Source of the DNA: Eledone cirrhosa
Taxonomy: Eukaryota
Length of the DNA stretch: 64,000 bases
Reading direction: 5' to 3'
NCBI GenBank assembly: GCA_964016885.1
Contig: OZ024751.1
Location: forward strand, 7,130,001 to 7,194,000
Shown here: piece after piece, positions 62,057 to 64,000 of the stretch
Numbering within the stretch: the first letter of the stretch is position 1
Layout of the letters: the number at the start of each line of letters is the position of its first letter
The notes under the pieces: generated by a model
Told to the model about the DNA's origin: nothing
Database searches by the model: none
Seen by the model: the letters and a program-made list of their open reading frames with translations, nothing else
Program-made: the position numbers and the translations under genes

Positions 62057-64000
62057 TTATATTGACAGAATCTTCCTTAGTATATGGGCAGTTCCCATTA
62101 GTACTATCTTTTGTATTTCTCCTATACGCGGGTTTCCTGGGATTTGCGATATGTAATCATTAGACCCCTTAGGTATCATTCCCAGAGCGCCTACAACCAC
62201 TGGTATTGTTTTAGTTCTCAATTTCCACATTTTTCCAATTTCTATCTCCAGGTCCTTATACTTGCTCAATTTTTCAAATGTTTTTATAGATACATTCTTG
62301 TCTATTGGAACAGACATATCAAGTAGCAGGCATACCCTCTTTTGAAAGTATTTCAATATTATATCAGGTCTGTTTGCATCTATCTTTCGGTCTGTTTGGA
62401 TGCTAAAGTTCCACAAGATTGAGATGTGATCTTTTTCAAGTATGGGAGGTGGTTGATGCTCCCACCAATTCTTTTGATGGGGCAGGTCAAAATGCTTACA
62501 CATTATCCAATGTATGTATTGTGCAGCTCTGTCATGCCTGTTTAGGTATTCGGTTGGAGCTATAGGACTGCACATTGAAATTATATGGTCAATGGTCTCT
62601 GGTTGTTTTTTGCATACACGGCATAATGGGCTGCACCCATTTTTTATTATGTTGGCTTGGTAATTTTTTGTTGGCAGACACTGATCTTGTGCCGATATAA
62701 TCAGTCCTTCAGTCTCCGATTTCAGTCCAGAGGATGCCAACCACTGATGCGTTAAAGTTTTGTCAACATCAGGATTGTTAGCTCGCTCTGGGTATTTTCC
62801 ATACAGAGGCTTTTCTTGCCATTTCTTAGCCAGTTTCTGTAGCAGTTCTTTCTTTGCAGTTACTACTACCTGCTTTGCTTTTTCTGTGTTTTCCATTTCA
62901 GCAGTAAATGGGACTTCTGAAATTTGTAGTCCATTACTGTATCTTTGTGCATCTTTTGTAATGGAATATGATCTTTTGATGCTTTCGTGTTTCAAAACGA
63001 GTTTGATCATCCAATCATGTGATTCCCTTAGATATGTAGATAATCCAATTGTTGCAGTTTTCAACGCAATATCTAACTGGATTAACCCACGTCCTCCTTC
63101 TTTACTAGGGAGATATATTCTATCTATATCTGCCTTAGGGTGATGCATTCTGTGCATGGTTAAGAATTTTCGAATTTTTGTATCGAGCCTACGGATCTCT
63201 GTGCTTGAGCAGTTGATGACATTGTAACTGTAGGTTACTACTGGTATGGCAAGCGTGTTTATGGCATCGATCCTATTCCTTGCATTCAATTCCGTTCTTA
63301 AGATTGCTCTTACTCTGCGGTAACATTCCTTCCTTATCCTTTCCCTCATTGTCGAGTGCTTGATTCCGTCTCCTTCACAAACACCTAGATATTTGTAAGT
63401 TTTTTCTTGATCAAGTTCTCTTATCACGTTCCCCCGAACAAGATTAATGTCTGAACTATTCAGCAGCTTTCCTCTGGTGAACGTTGCTTTGGCGCATTTA
63501 TCCAGTCCAAACTCCATTTTAATGTCATCACTGAACTTCTTCACAATGGATAATAGCCCTTGCAATTGTTCATCATTTTTTGCAAATAGTTTCAGGTCAT
63601 CCATGTAGAACAGGTGATTAATTGTTTTGTCATAGACTTTATATCCATGTTTTGTTTCATTGAGCATTTTACTTAATGGTATAAGTGCGATGCAGAATAA
63701 AAGCGGTGATAAAGAGTCACCCGGAAAAATTCCACAATTAATATTAACTTCTCCAGCTTCCAGTGATTTTGTTTCACTATTCAAAAGGAGTGTCGTTTTC
63801 CATGTCTTCATACTGAATGACAAAATCCTCCTGACAACGGGGGATACTTTGAAAATCTCTAAACATTTTTCAATCCAACTGTGTGGCAAACTATCAAATG
63901 CTTTTTTATAATCTATCCAAGCAATCGATAGATTTTTGTGTCTATTATGACAATCTTCCAGTATCATTTTGTTAACCAGAAGCTGATCCTTACAGCCATA
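62057..64000 (-). CDS. R4/Dong-clade LINE ORF (RT + Zn-finger + REL endonuclease), open past the window end
   Basis: WIDYKKAFDS, GIFPGDSLSP, HLFYMDD, YKYLG, GGRGL, CRVC, RHD, NRPDI; 3'UTR ~61915-62056 then (TAA)n/(GAA)n. Confidence 0.95.
   Translation of the reverse strand, partial: YGCKDQLLVNKMILEDCHNRHKNLSIAWIDYKKAFDSLPHSWIEKCLEIFKVSPVVRRILSFSMKTWKTTLLLNSETKSLEAGEVNINCGIFPGDSLSPLLFCIALIPLSKMLNETKHGYKVYDKTINHLFYMDDLKLFAKNDEQLQGLLSIVKKFSDDIKMEFGLDKCAKATFTRGKLLNSSDINLVRGNVIRELDQEKTYKYLGVCEGDGIKHSTMRERIRKECYRRVRAILRTELNARNRIDAINTLAIPVVTYSYNVINCSSTEIRRLDTKIRKFLTMHRMHHPKADIDRIYLPSKEGGRGLIQLDIALKTATIGLSTYLRESHDWMIKLVLKHESIKRSYSITKDAQRYSNGLQISEVPFTAEMENTEKAKQVVVTAKKELLQKLAKKWQEKPLYGKYPERANNPDVDKTLTHQWLASSGLKSETEGLIISAQDQCLPTKNYQANIIKNGCSPLCRVCKKQPETIDHIISMCSPIAPTEYLNRHDRAAQYIHWIMCKHFDLPHQKNWWEHQPPPILEKDHISILWNFSIQTDRKIDANRPDIILKYFQKRVCLLLDMSVPIDKNVSIKTFEKLSKYKDLEIEIGKMWKLRTKTIPVVVGALGMIPKGSNDYISQIPGNPRIGEIQKIVLMGTAHILRKILSI

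Overview
AT-rich, repeat-saturated animal genomic DNA. The mix of Nin/Deu-type SINEs, Dong/R4 LINEs and very long (TA)n tracts resembles octopus/cephalopod sequence (inference). No host protein-coding exon, rRNA, tRNA or CRISPR array can be supported; most listed ORFs are translations of microsatellites. Positions ~1.3-49 kb are dominated by Penelope-like retroelements (PLEs, mostly Naiad-type) and short non-coding derivatives, nearly all inserted in (TA)n and often arranged as asymmetric palindromes. By eye I find roughly 30 type I hammerhead ribozyme (HHR) motifs in about 15 sequence families. These include a non-coding ~525-nt HHR-to-HHR tandem unit (retrozyme-like), two U3-A8 core variants, a U4C variant and several long or branched stem II forms. 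The PLE at 44.3-49.0 kb is a chimera of two PLE lineages and has a UUUUUUA junction between its upstream ORF and RT ORF. Positions ~51.7-64 kb are an (ATT/TAA)n-anchored cluster of Dong/R4 LINEs and a near-intact Tx1/L1 LINE. A non-autonomous Helitron, MITEs, SINEs and a 2.2-kb (TA)n-centred palindrome are also present. All coordinates, alignments and RNA folds were read manually; element boundaries are approximate and no ribozyme activity is demonstrated.
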